Source: Octopus vulgaris
Lineage: Eukaryota
NCBI GenBank assembly: GCA_951406725.2
Contig: OX597838.1
Location: 11,780,001-11,844,000, forward strand
DNA: 64,000 nucleotides
Direction: 5' to 3'
In this document: piece by piece, positions 1 through 13,048 of the stretch
Layout of the letters: each line of letters opens with the position of its first letter
Position numbering within the stretch: the stretch's first letter is position 1
Program-made: the position numbers and the translations under genes
The notes under the pieces: model-generated
Databases searched by the model: none
What the model was told of the DNA's origin: nothing
Seen by the model: only the letters and a program-made list of their open reading frames with translations

Positions 1-30
1 GAAACAAGTAAAAGAGTAAAAGAGTAAAAG

Positions 31-256
31 AGAGCTTGGATGAGAACTCGTATCGCAGAGATGATGTCATATCTGTTGTTGATGAATTTTTTGACCAACA
101 AGATGAAAGCTTCTTTACCAATGAGATCCAAATACTGCAACATCGATGGAAAAAGTGTGTGGACTGCAAGGGGGACTGTTGAAAAATATACCTCCGTTGG
201 TCACATTCCATGAAAGTATCTCGGTTAGCCTATGAAATTTTCAGCCGGTCCTCGTA
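31..256 (+). mobile_element. mariner transposon 3' remnant (transposase C-terminus plus right TIR)
   Basis: From ~60 it translates DDVISVVDEFFDQQDESFFTNEIQILQHRWKKCVDCKGD, matching the mariner C-terminal RW.KC....GDYVEK motif. It ends ...tatgaaattttcagccggtcctcgTA, a TACGAGG-type TIR end with TA. Confidence 0.8.
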
Positions 257-739
257 CGTGATTCACATAATATAAATACAAATTTGAGACTACGGCCACT
301 ATCCTTGCGGGGGAAGTCTAACCTGTCTACATCTCCATTGGTGTTGAAGATTCCTGTAACACTGAGCAGTTTGCGGGTTCAAATATATAACTCATTGAAT
401 TCTTGTAGTGACCATTTCAGAAGGCAAAGGTTGAAGACATCAACCACATTACTGCCAACGGCGAGAGAATGTCTTCAAGATATTATCTTCCGACGGGGAA
501 TGATGCAGCAGCTTGAACAGGATAACAAAAAGGAAGACACCTATAAACTAAGTTAACTATATTGAGATCGAAGGGTAAAAAAATATTGGTGGAACTTATA
601 AATTAAAACTGCTTCCATGTTAAAACACAACCGGTCAGATATTGTTGCGTAGGAGTACGAAGAAAACCTATGTTCTTGTGTGGAAATGTGTTTGATTTTG
701 CAAAGAACTGAAGGTTGGAGGAAAACATATTTATATCTC

Positions 740-1175
740 GGATCTTTTCGGATTGACTGGCAGTTTTTTAAAATAATTTCCACGTAACTAAACACTTATA
801 AACTTCGCATACTGGTAGAATGTGTTTATAAAACATCTTTTTTTTCTTGGCTTTATTGAGAAAATTCTATAGTTTGTAAGATATTTGTTGTGTTTTTTTT
901 CTTCAATTTCTGCAATTTCAACCAATCACTGACGTCTATTGAGGTAAAATAAATTCTGTGCCGTATGAATATGTCCCTCATTTAAGAAACAGATTGGGTT
1001 TATTTACATTTCTGAAGAAAAAAAGATATCCTTCCCCCACCCCTAATCCTAACCCTAACTAACCCTAACCCTAAAACAGATTGAAATGCAATAGATCGAT
1101 ACTAGGGTCATAATTATGGGCGACAATTTCATATGACACCGCTAGAAAAAACTGCCGTTCAAACCGAAAAGATCC
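740..1175. mobile_element. Non-autonomous TIR element (MITE), Merlin-like, with internal (CCCTAA)n
   Basis: ~30-bp TIRs: GGATCTTTTCGGATTGACTGGCAGTTTTTT versus the reverse-complemented right end GGATCTTTTCGGTTTGAACGGCAGTTTTTT. Exact 8-bp TSD TATATCTC at 732-739 and 1176-1183. GG...CC termini. Confidence 0.85.
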
Positions 1176-1479
1176 TATATCTCTTCCAGCCGTGAACATC
1201 TCGTTGAATTTTATTGATCCTACCTGTGTATAAGTAAATTACGAAAAACATATTTATTAACCTCAGAAGACATTATCATCCGATTTGCTTCCCCCCCCCT
1301 TTCTTTGTTCTTGTTATTTATTAAAGACGGTTATGGCGTGATTTTGAGAGACACTTGGTAGTTATTTCCAGAGGATGAAGTGACCACGTTGAGGATCCTG
1401 GCATACTGGTTGTTGGGATTGCGGTAACAATAGTCAGTATGGTGGTCATAATAAGGTGAAATAAGCGTGTGTGTATGGG

Positions 1480-1669
1480 TGGGGGAGGGGGTAAAGGTTG
1501 TAGTACTGATGGTGGTATAAGTTGGTGTGGTGGTGGTGGTTGTGGTGATGGTAATGCGGGGATGGTGAGGGGTAGTGATAGTTATGGTGACGGTGGTGTA
1601 AGTGGTGGCGCGAATATTGACAGCAACTGATGGTGGTAATAGTTGTAGTGGTAGTAGTAGTAGTAATAA

Positions 1670-1701
<32 letters not shown>

Positions 1702-1702
1702 A

Positions 1703-1740
<38 letters not shown>

Positions 1741-1950
1741 ATAGTAGTAGTAGTAGTAGTAGTAGTAGTTGTAGTAGTAGTGGTGGTGGTGACATGTAGC
1801 TACAGTGTAGGTATTGGTGTCAGTAGGTATGGTGGTAGTATGTGTAGTTGTGGGATGGTGGTAGTAGTAGTGGTGGTGTTAGTGGTGGTGGTAACAGTTG
1901 TAGTAGTGGTGATGATGGTGGTGGTAGTGGTGTCTCTCAAATGGTAGTGA
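1480..1950. repeat. (GTA)n/(GTG)n trinucleotide tract
   Basis: Directly visible; source of the poly-S/V/L ORFs. Confidence 0.95.
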
Positions 1951-2079
1951 AAGAGAGCAAACGATATAAATTGACTGTCATCTCTACTAGCATATACATA
2001 CATCACACACATTGATTAATAATATAATATACACCAATATTGGCGGTTATTCCCATTCTAAATGTATGTAGGTATATTT

Positions 2080-2210
2080 GTATACATAAATGCATGTGTG
2101 TATGTATGTATGTAATGTATGTATGTAATGTATGTATATATGTATGTATTCATGTATGTATGTATGTATGTATTCATGTATGTATGTATGTATGTATTCA
2201 TGTATGTATG

Positions 2211-2244
<34 letters not shown>

Positions 2245-2310
2245 TGTATGTATGTATGTATGTATGTATGTATTCATGTATGTATGTATGTATGTATTCA
2301 TGTATGTATG

Positions 2311-2344
<34 letters not shown>

Positions 2345-2415
2345 TGTATGTATGCATGTATGTATGCATATACATATACATACATACACACAGACACACA
2401 CACACATATACACAT
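2080..2415. repeat. (TATG)n microsatellite
   Basis: Directly visible. Confidence 0.95.
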
Positions 2416-2461
2416 AACTGGCTTCTTTCAGTTTCCGTCTACCAAATCCCTCTCACAAGAC

Positions 2462-2750
2462 TGGCCCAAGATGCCACGGGATTTCGGGAAGTTGTCCATG
2501 GGTCCCGGACCGAAAGTTCTTCAGAAAAGATTGGCTAGATGATTATTGTCGATGCCCAGTCTCCCCAAAAGCGTCGTTGCTTTTACTCTCCACTGACCCT
2601 CTATAGAACGCCAAGGTGGACTTTCCACCAATCGTCGTGCTCCAATGACAGAGGGTTCTGAGCACTTGAGGGTATTCCAGTCTCCAAGCGCTTCCTCTCC
2701 GTCAACGCTTGACCCAGGACTGGATCTCCGTCAAGTAGCTTCAGCCCTAG
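2462..2750 (-). mobile_element. Degenerate L1/Tx1-like LINE ORF2 C-terminal fragment
   Basis: The minus strand reads, with a frameshift, GKSTLAFYRGSVESKSNDAFGE/LGIDNNHLANLF*RTFGPGPMDNF. This resembles the region before the C-terminal zinc-finger of Tx1-type ORF2 (recognition only). Confidence 0.45.
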
Positions 2751-3429
2751 GTCTGATTGTTGTTGCTGTTGTTATCTGCGCTTCGTTTTTCGATAACATC
2801 AACTAGTGGTGGGGAAAAAAATGTCATAGTGGCTATTCCAACAGCCATCACTTCCATCGATTTGAGACGCCATATTGATATCTTTGTTTCAAAGCATCAA
2901 ATATGTAATTTTAAAACTCGAAATTCGCCCTTAAATGACGAATTATCGCCAGAGCAGCTCGCCCTGCTTGCAGAGAGCTGGGTTATTTAGTTAAAAGTTC
3001 AACAAAACCTGGAATACGAACTAATAAAAACAACAAATTTTAAAACTCAGGAACCATGAGCAAGCGTCCACTGCTTCCAAAATAATGATGATGATGATGA
3101 TAATGAAGATGAAGATGATGATAATAACAACAAAAACACCTGCAATAATAACACAACACAGTATTTCTTTACTTCAATAAAATCAGCCGCGGGTTGTTAT
3201 GGCATAGATTCTGTATAATTTTGTGTAAACAATTTGTATCGAAAGCTGCCTCAGGCGCTTGCTTTGCGTTTTGCCCGTTTATATCGTTCATGTAAGACCT
3301 TACAACATCTAATTTAGAAACCTGTCTTTTAAAATATATTAAAGGGCCTCTAATAATTTTTTTTCCTATCTAACTCCCTGTCGCTCTATCTCTAAAACTC
3401 AACCCTCTCTCCCGCTGTTTCTATTTCTT

Positions 3430-3880
<451 letters not shown>

Positions 3881-4261
3881 ATATATGGATGAATATTCAC
3901 ATACCTTTCTCTACGTACACATCGCATATATATATCTGTATGCAACCATGTATGTATGTATGCATATATGTATGTATCTACTTCATCTCTCTCTCTCTCC
4001 CACTCTCCCCCTCTCTTTCTCTCTTCATTTATTTGAAAATTATGATGCAATACAAGTCAAGCCACTTCCACTTATAATTGCCAATATATTTTTATTAAGT
4101 TTGTTTCTACATCTAAGAAACAGTTTTAAATTAAGGAAGATATTTTCTTCGTGTTTACGTTATTCAACACCTTAGCGCCTCACAGAATTATTAAAATCCA
4201 TTCCAGTCGTCCACCTGGGTTATTTATCTTGAGATTATTCCTTGTTTTGATCGTTTAAATT

Positions 4262-4770
4262 TTGTCTTTTGCTTGCTTCAGTCATTGGATTGCGGCCAGG
4301 CTGGGGCATCATCATAAAAGGTTTTAGTCAAGCAATTCAACCCTAGTACTTGGGCTGCTTCTCTCCCTTTTTTGCCTTTTTAAAAAAGTCTGGTACTTAT
4401 TCTCTGGAAGACCTTTCTGCCGAACCGCTAAATTACGGGGACGTAAACAAACCAGCACCGGTTGTGAAGCGGTGTTTAGGGGACAAACAAAAGAGCAAAG
4501 AGATACGCATGCATATGCACGTACACACACACTTACACAAGAATATATACGCACACACACACACATGAATGTATATATGCACACACACATATACATAATA
4601 TATACGACGGGTTTCCACACGGTTTCTGTGAACCAGATCCATTCACAAAGCATTGGTTGGCCCGTGGCCATACAAGATGACACTCGCCTAAGCGAAGTTA
4701 CTTGCCGCGCAGTGGGATTGAACACGAAATCACGTAGTTGCAAAAAGAGCTTATTAACCACACAGATCAC
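4262..4770 (-). mobile_element. SINE family A, diverged copy
   Basis: Collinear with the younger copies (gccgaaccgctaa...acgggttt...gcagtgggattgaac), with many substitutions. Confidence 0.75.
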
Positions 4771-5000
4771 TAGAGAAATGGCTATTGTGTGGGGAAGGCG
4801 AGAGGAAAGATTGGAATGTTCAGGTAAAATAGAGCGCAGAAAGGAGTAATATGTAGTGAGCATTATTTAAGCTTGTTTCTTATATATATAGTTCGTATTT
4901 CGTACTCATGTTGTTTACGTTTTATGACATCCTGTACGCATATATGCATATGTGTACACATATATATATATATAAGTATGTACTTAAATGTATGTATACA

Positions 5001-5042
<42 letters not shown>

Positions 5043-5050
<8 letters not shown>

Positions 5051-5308
5051 ACATATGTTACATTACTCGGTAGTCAAGATAAAACTCTGAGTTTCAGATG
5101 CCGAAGTGGAAATCCACAACACCATCTCTTCGGTTATCTGGCTAGATAACCGAAGAGATGGTGTTGTGGATTTCCACTTCGGCATCTGAAACTCAGAGTT
5201 TTATCTTGACTACCGAGTAATGTAACATATTATTGTATAGATAAATTTCCTCTATTTACATAATATTGAGGTCTCTTTCTTTCTTTTGTTATCTTACCGT
5301 TTTACCAA
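5043..5308. ncRNA. Head-to-head palindrome of a hammerhead-containing short element (family H1)
   Basis: 87-bp perfect arms at 5053-5139 and 5144-5230, spacer GGCT. The + arm reads agataa-CCGAAGA-stem II-GAAAC-tcaga-GTT-ttatct. The 3' tail at 5256-5308 recurs at 15777-15831. Confidence 0.7.
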
Positions 5309-5320
5309 TATATATATATA

Positions 5321-5508
5321 GTTAATCCAAACATGAAAACACACCAACGCGAGGACGTGGAACAAGTATAGTATTATTGGACGCTCAGGAAAGGAAGGAA
5401 AGGAGGATTTAACGTTTCGAGCGGAGCTCTTCGTCAGAAACATAGAAAAAAAGGAAAGATCCAAGGAAAGGAAGACAGAGGAAAAAAAAAATTGCCAACG
5501 ATACACAC
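5321..5508 (-). mobile_element. Short hammerhead-bearing element, family H2 (copy 1)
   Basis: Minus strand 5441-5407: gttt-CTGACGA-a-GAGC-tcc-GCTC-GAAAC-GTT-aaat. Homologous copies at 49024-49230 and 50709-50913. Confidence 0.75.
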
Positions 5509-5583
5509 CCTTCTCCCTCTTTCGTTTTTTCTCTCTCATCCTTTCTCTAATTCTTTTCCTATCCCCTTCACCATTCTCTATCT

Positions 5584-6360
5584 TCTTGGACATCTTCCTG
5601 GTGACGCCAGAATATAAAGTTGTCATCAACATATCGCAGCCATAGGGTTGGTTTTAGTGATGTTGATCCTAAAGCCAAATTCTCAAGGTATTCCATGTAT
5701 ATATTGGCTATTATCGGTGATAATTGCGAACCCTCCTCTTGTCGATATATATATCAGTGTCAATACTGAAGTAGGTAGTTTCTACACAGAAGGTCAACAT
5801 TTCCATCAAGTTTCTTATTGATATACTAGTGCGTTCTTTTAGATGGGTGTCTGCTACTAGTTTTTCTTGAATCAACGATAGTGCTTCACCCTTTGTGAAT
5901 GGCCTTTCCGAAAAGATACAAACGATATGCGGCCCATATGACACCAGGTCAGTATTCAAGAGTAATACAACACTTCGCAAATATCTCCTTCGGGTAAAAC
6001 CACCAATAGAAGAGAATATGACCAAAGACTGCGTGTACTCAATCCCATGCAGCTGTCGTAGGTTATACAAAGACGAAACATGCCACCCCCTCAAAATAAG
6101 GGTAGACAAACATCGCAAAGCTGTAACATGCGGATATATTGATAAATCGGGTATAGCTGATCATGTATGGAAAAATGGAGACCGCCTCTTCCCCTGTAGG
6201 ATGAAATTAAAATATAGACAGAGAACACCACTGGAAAATACGAAAACTAAAAGAAGCAGCACATATGCTAGGACACAATAACCTCCTAAGCAGACTGAGT
6301 GCAGATATGGGTAGCATATGGGAACCGGTATTAAGGAAGAATAGGAAAATACTAGATTTA
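5584..6360. mobile_element. Penelope-like retroelement fragment with internal inversion (RT on -, GIY-YIG on +)
   Basis: Minus 5584-5900: EALSLIQEKL...LTFCVETTYF...LSPIIANIYMEYLE...WLRYVDDNFIFW. Plus 5890-6360: PFVNGLSEKI...CVYSIPCSC...ET..PLKIRV..H...SGIADHVW...RKLKEA. Confidence 0.9.
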
Positions 6361-6369
6361 TAAGCCCAA

Positions 6370-6600
6370 AGCGGTGAGCTGGCAGAAACGTTAGCACGCC
6401 GGGCGAAATGCGTAGCCGTATTTCGTCTGCCGTTAGGTTCTGAGTTCAAATTCCGCCGAGGTCGACTTTGCCTTTCATCCTTTCGGGTTCGATTAAATAA
6501 GTACCAGTTACGCACTGGGGTCGATATAATCGACTTAATCCGTTTGTCTGTCCTTGTTTGTCCTCTCTGTGTTTAGCCCCTTGTGGGCAGTAAAGAAATA
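6370..6600 (+). mobile_element. SINE family B (tRNA-like head; Nin/Deu-like core)
   Basis: gcggtgagctggcagaa (A-box-like), gagttcaaattcc (B-box), core gtcgactttgcctttcatcctttcgggg, 3' end aaagaaata. More than 15 copies in the window. Confidence 0.85.
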
Positions 6601-7074
6601 GATCTATAAGCCCTAAAATTCTCTCCATAATTGCCACGGGCATATGGCGTAGTGGTTAAGTGCGCGAGCTACTTATACACACACGCACACATATTTATAT
6701 GTATATGTATGTATATGTATTATACATATATGCATACACACATATCTACATATATACTGAGACACAATCACCCCCACCTGCATATACATATATCTATGTC
6801 TATGTACGTATATGCATGTGTATATATGCATGTGCATGCCATCGTGTTTGTTTTCGCGTTTCACCAGCTGACAACCAGACCGGTGTTGGTTTATTTACGT
6901 TCACGTAACTTTACTCATCTAGCCAACAAAGAACAGTAGGAAACGTTCCAAAAACTTAAAGAATAAAAGGAAAACAAAGTGGTGGGTTCCATTTCAGTGA
7001 TTGAATCTCCTCACAAGAGGTACCCCAGCATGGTCGCTAACTAATCACTAAATTTAGTGAAAGAATAATACTCT

Positions 7075-7512
7075 CTCTCTTTTACTATTTTACATGTATT
7101 AGTCATTTGACTGTAGCCATGCTGGAGCACCGCATTTTAGTCGAGCAAATCGACCCCAGGATTTATTCTTTGTAAGCCTAGTACTTATTCTATCGGTCTC
7201 TTTTACTTGTTTCAATCATTTGACTGTAGCCATGCTGGAGCACCGCCAATTAGTCGGGCAACTCGACCCCAGGACTTATTCTTTGTAAGCCTAGTACTTA
7301 TTCTATCGGTCTCTTTTACTTGTTTCAGTCATTTGACTGTAGCCATGCTGGAGCACCGCCAATTAGTCGGGCAACTCGACCCCAGGACTTATTCTTTGTA
7401 AGCCTAGTACTTATTCTACTGGATTTTTTGCCGAACCGCTAAGTTACGGGGATGTAAACACACCACAATCGGTTGTCAAGCGATGTTGAGGGGACAAACA
7501 CAGACACACAAA

Positions 7513-7598
<86 letters not shown>

Positions 7599-7645
7599 TA
7601 TACATATATACGACGGGCTTCTTTCAGTTTCCGTCTAACAAATCC
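7075..7645 (-). mobile_element. SINE family A with triplicated 3' module
   Basis: A ~115-bp unit (ttttacttgtttcagtcatttgactg...tagtacttattctatcggtctc) occurs three times over 7080-7420. Confidence 0.85.
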
Positions 7646-7839
7646 CCTCGCAGTATATTTTCTTTGTCTTTTACTTGTGACAGTCGTTAAACTGCAGCCA
7701 TGCTGGGGTACAAGCCTGAAGCCTGATTCCTTTTTCTGTCGGTTCTTTTATTCAACCACAAGATTACGGAGACGTAAACAAACCAGCACTGGGCGTCAAG
7801 CAGTTGACAGGAGAAATGCAAACAGGAAGACGCACAAGC

Positions 7840-8320
7840 ATACATACATAAATACATACATACATTCATACATACATACATACATACATACATACATACA
7901 TACATAAATACACACACACATACATACATACATACATACATACATACATACATACACACATACATACATACATATATATATACATTCATACATACATTCA
8001 TACATACATACATAGATACATAGATACATACATACATACACACACATAGATACATACATACATACATACACACACATACATACATACATACATACATACA
8101 TACATACATACACACATAAATACACACACATACATACATACATATATACATACATACATACATACATACATACATACATACATACACACATACATACATA
8201 CATACACATACATACATACATACACACACACATACATACATACATACATACATACATACACACAGACGCGCGCGCGCACACACACACATATACAAACACA
8301 CACACACATACACACACAAA
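7840..8320. repeat. (CATA)n microsatellite
   Basis: Directly visible. Confidence 0.95.
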
Positions 8321-8462
8321 TTCACTCATAAGACTAAACTAAAAACCACTTGCTCAAGGTGTCGCACAGTGCGACTGAACCCGAAGACATGTAGTTCCAA
8401 GTGATCTTCTTAACCACACGGCTGTGCCCGCGTCTGCACACACATATGCACACACACATACA

Positions 8463-8866
8463 TATTTCTTTATTGCCCACAAGGGGCTAAACACAGAGAG
8501 GACAAACAAGGACAGACATAGGTATTAAGTCGATTATATCAACCTCAGTGTGTAACTGGTACTTAATTTATCGACCCCGAAAGGATGAAGGGCAAAGTCG
8601 ACCTCGGTGGAATTTGAACTCACAACGTAACGACAGACGAAATACCTATTTCTTTACTACCCACAAGGGGCTAAACACAGAGGAGACAAACAAGGACAGA
8701 CATAGGTATTAAGTCGATTACATCGAACCCAGTGCGTAACTGGTACTTAATTTATCGACCCCGAAAGGATGAAGGGCAAAGTCGACCTCGGCGGAATTTG
8801 AACTCAGAACGTAACGGCAGACGAAATACCACTAAGCATTTCGCCTGGCATGCTAACGTTTCTGCC
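8463..8866 (-). mobile_element. SINE family B, partial tandem dimer
   Basis: Two units joined at gacgaaatacc|tatttcttt (~8645). Confidence 0.85.
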
Positions 8867-9118
8867 ACACATACATACAGGTACAGACGCACGTCCACGC
8901 ATACACGTTTATATTTACGACACAGGTACATGTGTATGCATGCTGACACATGCAAACGCACATACATACACACACACACACACACGTACCCATATACATA
9001 GAACCATAGATACAAACTCACATACACATACTTATATAATCACACGCTTGTACATACACGTATATTCATAGAACACAAACTGCCATACATATACACTTAT
9101 ATACTCACACACACACAC

Positions 9119-9170
<52 letters not shown>

Positions 9171-9464
9171 GATTTCCATAAGCACACAAATCCATCAACA
9201 GAAACTAACGTAAAAAGACCTACACCTACACACACAAATATACAAATGCACACATCCACACACACACATGAACATACACACACGTGTACCTATACAAGCA
9301 CACATATGCAAAAACACAAATACACACACACATATATCCACAGACACTCATACATATGCAAAAACACATATTCCACCCACACCATATATATATATATATG
9401 CAGACACACATATACACGTTTGCATGCATACATATATATATATATACACACACACATATATATA

Positions 9465-10186
<722 letters not shown>

Positions 10187-10191
10187 ATATA

Positions 10192-10270
<79 letters not shown>

Positions 10271-10714
10271 CCACACACTCACACACACATGCGCACGTGT
10301 ATATATCCACACACGCACACACATCCACACACACGCACACACACGTTACATCTAGTCTATTATATGATGAAAAAGAAACATTGATTGTTAACCACATAGA
10401 GAGGCTATAGGTAACAGCGTATAGGCTGTAGTACTGCGGTGGTAGAAGTGGTGTTGTCGCATGGTGGTGGCATTAGTAGTAGTAGTAGTGGTGACGGTGG
10501 TGGTGTTGCTTTGATGGTAGGCATATGATGGTGGTGGTGGTGGTGGTGTCGTGGTATTAGCGTAATGGCTGTAGTTCAGGTGGTAGTGGTAGTTTGGGGG
10601 CAGTGTGGTGATGGTTGGTGTGTAACAGTGATGCTAGTGGTGAGGTAGAAGTAGTGTTTATGATATAGGTGTAGGTGATAGTTTAGCTAACAGTGATACG
10701 TGTAGTAGTGGTTA

Positions 10715-10745
<31 letters not shown>

Positions 10746-10842
10746 TGTGAAGTGTAGTGGTTTTAATTGTGGGTGTATTGGTGTGGGTTGTAGTGGTGGT
10801 CGTTGAAGGGCTGACTGTTGTGTTGGCGGTAGTTGTAGCCGT

Positions 10843-11010
10843 GGTAATGGTGTTGGTTGTAGTAGTTTCGGTGGTAGTTGTAGTAGTGGTAATGGTGTTG
10901 TTTGAAGTGATGTTGGTTGTAGTAGTTTCGGTGGTAGTTGTAGCAGTGGTAATGGTGTTGTTTGAAGTGATGTTGGTTGTAGTAGTTTCGGTGGTAGTTG
11001 TATCAGTGGT
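10843..11010. repeat. 60-bp tandem repeat inside a GT-rich trinucleotide region
   Basis: agtagtttcggtggtagttgta starts at 10861, 10921 and 10981. Confidence 0.85.
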
Positions 11011-11270
11011 GCTGTTGCTGGTGGTGGTGGCAAGAGTTGTGTGAAAGTATTGGCAGAAGTTGTATAGGTAATAGTTGTGCTGTTAATGCTGCAGGCTGCT
11101 GTGGTGTTAGTATTGCTTGTGTGATAGTAATTATAGTGGTAGAATGATGGTAGCGGTTGTGGTTGCGGCAGTAGTGGTAGTAGTAGCAGTAGTGGTAGTA
11201 GTAGTATTAGTAGTAGTATTAGTAGTAGTCATAGTAGTAGTCATAGTAGTAGCAGTAGTAGTAGTGGTTA

Positions 11271-11304
<34 letters not shown>

Positions 11305-11329
11305 TGTGAAGGAAGAGAAGGTAACGACG

Positions 11330-11539
11330 ATGGTAGTGGTGGAGGTCGGTTGGACGATCGTCGGTTGGTTGGTTGGTTCGTTCGGTAGTTCCCGGTAGTT
11401 TCCGTGAGTTGACAGTGTTGACAAATGGCGGAAAAAGGTGACAGTTGCGGTGACGGTAGCAAAGGCCGACAGTTAGACAGTCAGACAGGCAGACAGACAG
11501 GCAGATATAGGTATGTAGGTAGGTAGGCAGGTGCATATG

Positions 11540-11609
<70 letters not shown>

Positions 11610-11850
11610 CACACACATACCCACACACACGCACACACAGACAATATGATATAATATATTAAGAGAGCCAGGCAGACAGACAGACTGGCAGGCGGGCAGG
11701 CAAGCAGGCAGACAGACAGACAGGCAGACAGACAGACAGGCAGGCAGGCAGGCAGCCTAGTCGAACAACCAATCAATCGTGTGTTTTAAAAGGAGATCGC
11801 CAAATGGAAGGAGTTTCCTCTACGTGACAGACCGCTTCGATTCGACTGAC
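11330..11850 (+). promoter_or_regulatory. Possible promoter/5' region of the transporter gene
   Basis: CpG-richer non-TE patches upstream of the CDS. AAATGGCGG (YY1-like) at ~11423 and CCAAT at ~11769. No TSS evidence. Confidence 0.2.
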
Positions 11851-11911
11851 AGACAGACAGACAGATACAAATACACACACGCACACACACACACACATAT
11901 ACACACTCTTA

Positions 11912-11966
<55 letters not shown>

Positions 11967-12114
11967 TGTTATTTACATATATAACGAGGGAGAGAGAGAG
12001 AGAGCGTGTGTGATTGTGGGTTACTGTGCGTGTGAGTGTGTGTGTGTGAGAGGGAGGGAGAGAGAGAGGGAGAAAGAGAGAGAGGGAAGGAGAGAGATAG
12101 AAGGAGAGAGAGGG

Positions 12115-12145
<31 letters not shown>

Positions 12146-13048
12146 GAAGGAGGAAAAGAGAGGGACTAAGGGATGAAAAAAAATGAGATGTATTTTGAGA
12201 TGTAACGACCTGAAGAGAAGAAGGAGGAGAAGGAGAAGTTGAAGGAGGAGGAGGAGGAGGAAGAGGAGGAGGAAGAGAAGAAAAAAAGAATGAGAGTGAG
12301 AGAAGAAGCCTTGGAGTCAGTTTGAAAGATTCTCTCAGAAAGAAGAAGAAGAAGAAACAGTAAGAAAGAAAGGAAGGAAAATAATTCGTGAACGAAAAAC
12401 AAAGTAAAAGAAATTTTAAAACAGAAGAAAAGAAGAAGGAACGGAATGAATGGAACTTAAATTACGGAAAAAGTAAGGAACGGAAGGAAAAAAACAAAAA
12501 ACAAAAACAAAAAAAAAAAGCGAAAACAATTACAAAAAAAAACAAAAAACTAGTCTTACCTTTTCCCTGTTCACAATTCTTACGAACACACGTACACCAC
12601 GCGTAAGAACTTTCTCTTTGTTTATCTCTCTCTCTCTCTCTCTCACTTCTGTTCACTGTTACGCATACGCGCACGCACACGCAAGCACAGACACACACAC
12701 GCACGCACACATACATACACGGACGCACGCACGCACGCACGCACTCGAATATACACTCACACACATATTCACAAACACGCGCGATCACACGTACACAGAA
12801 GAAGCGCGCTCGCGTTAAAAACCGTTGCCTCACACTACACTTCTGAACACGTTCGCACGCACATCCGCAAATCTACACGCACACGTATATGATACACACA
12901 GTACAACACACACACCCAACCACACACACACACACACACACACGCGTGCGCATATATATATATATATATATATATACAGATACATACACACATACATACA
13001 TATACATATACATATACAAACATATCAAAGTAAGTAAAAGCAAGTGAA

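Noticed and set aside
284-739. ORFs 284-556 and 553-795
   Set aside because: Non-ATG starts, no recognisable domain; the second overlaps the MITE end.
1041-1074. True telomere or chromosome-fusion relic
   Set aside because: Short, degenerate and internal to a TIR/TSD-bounded element.
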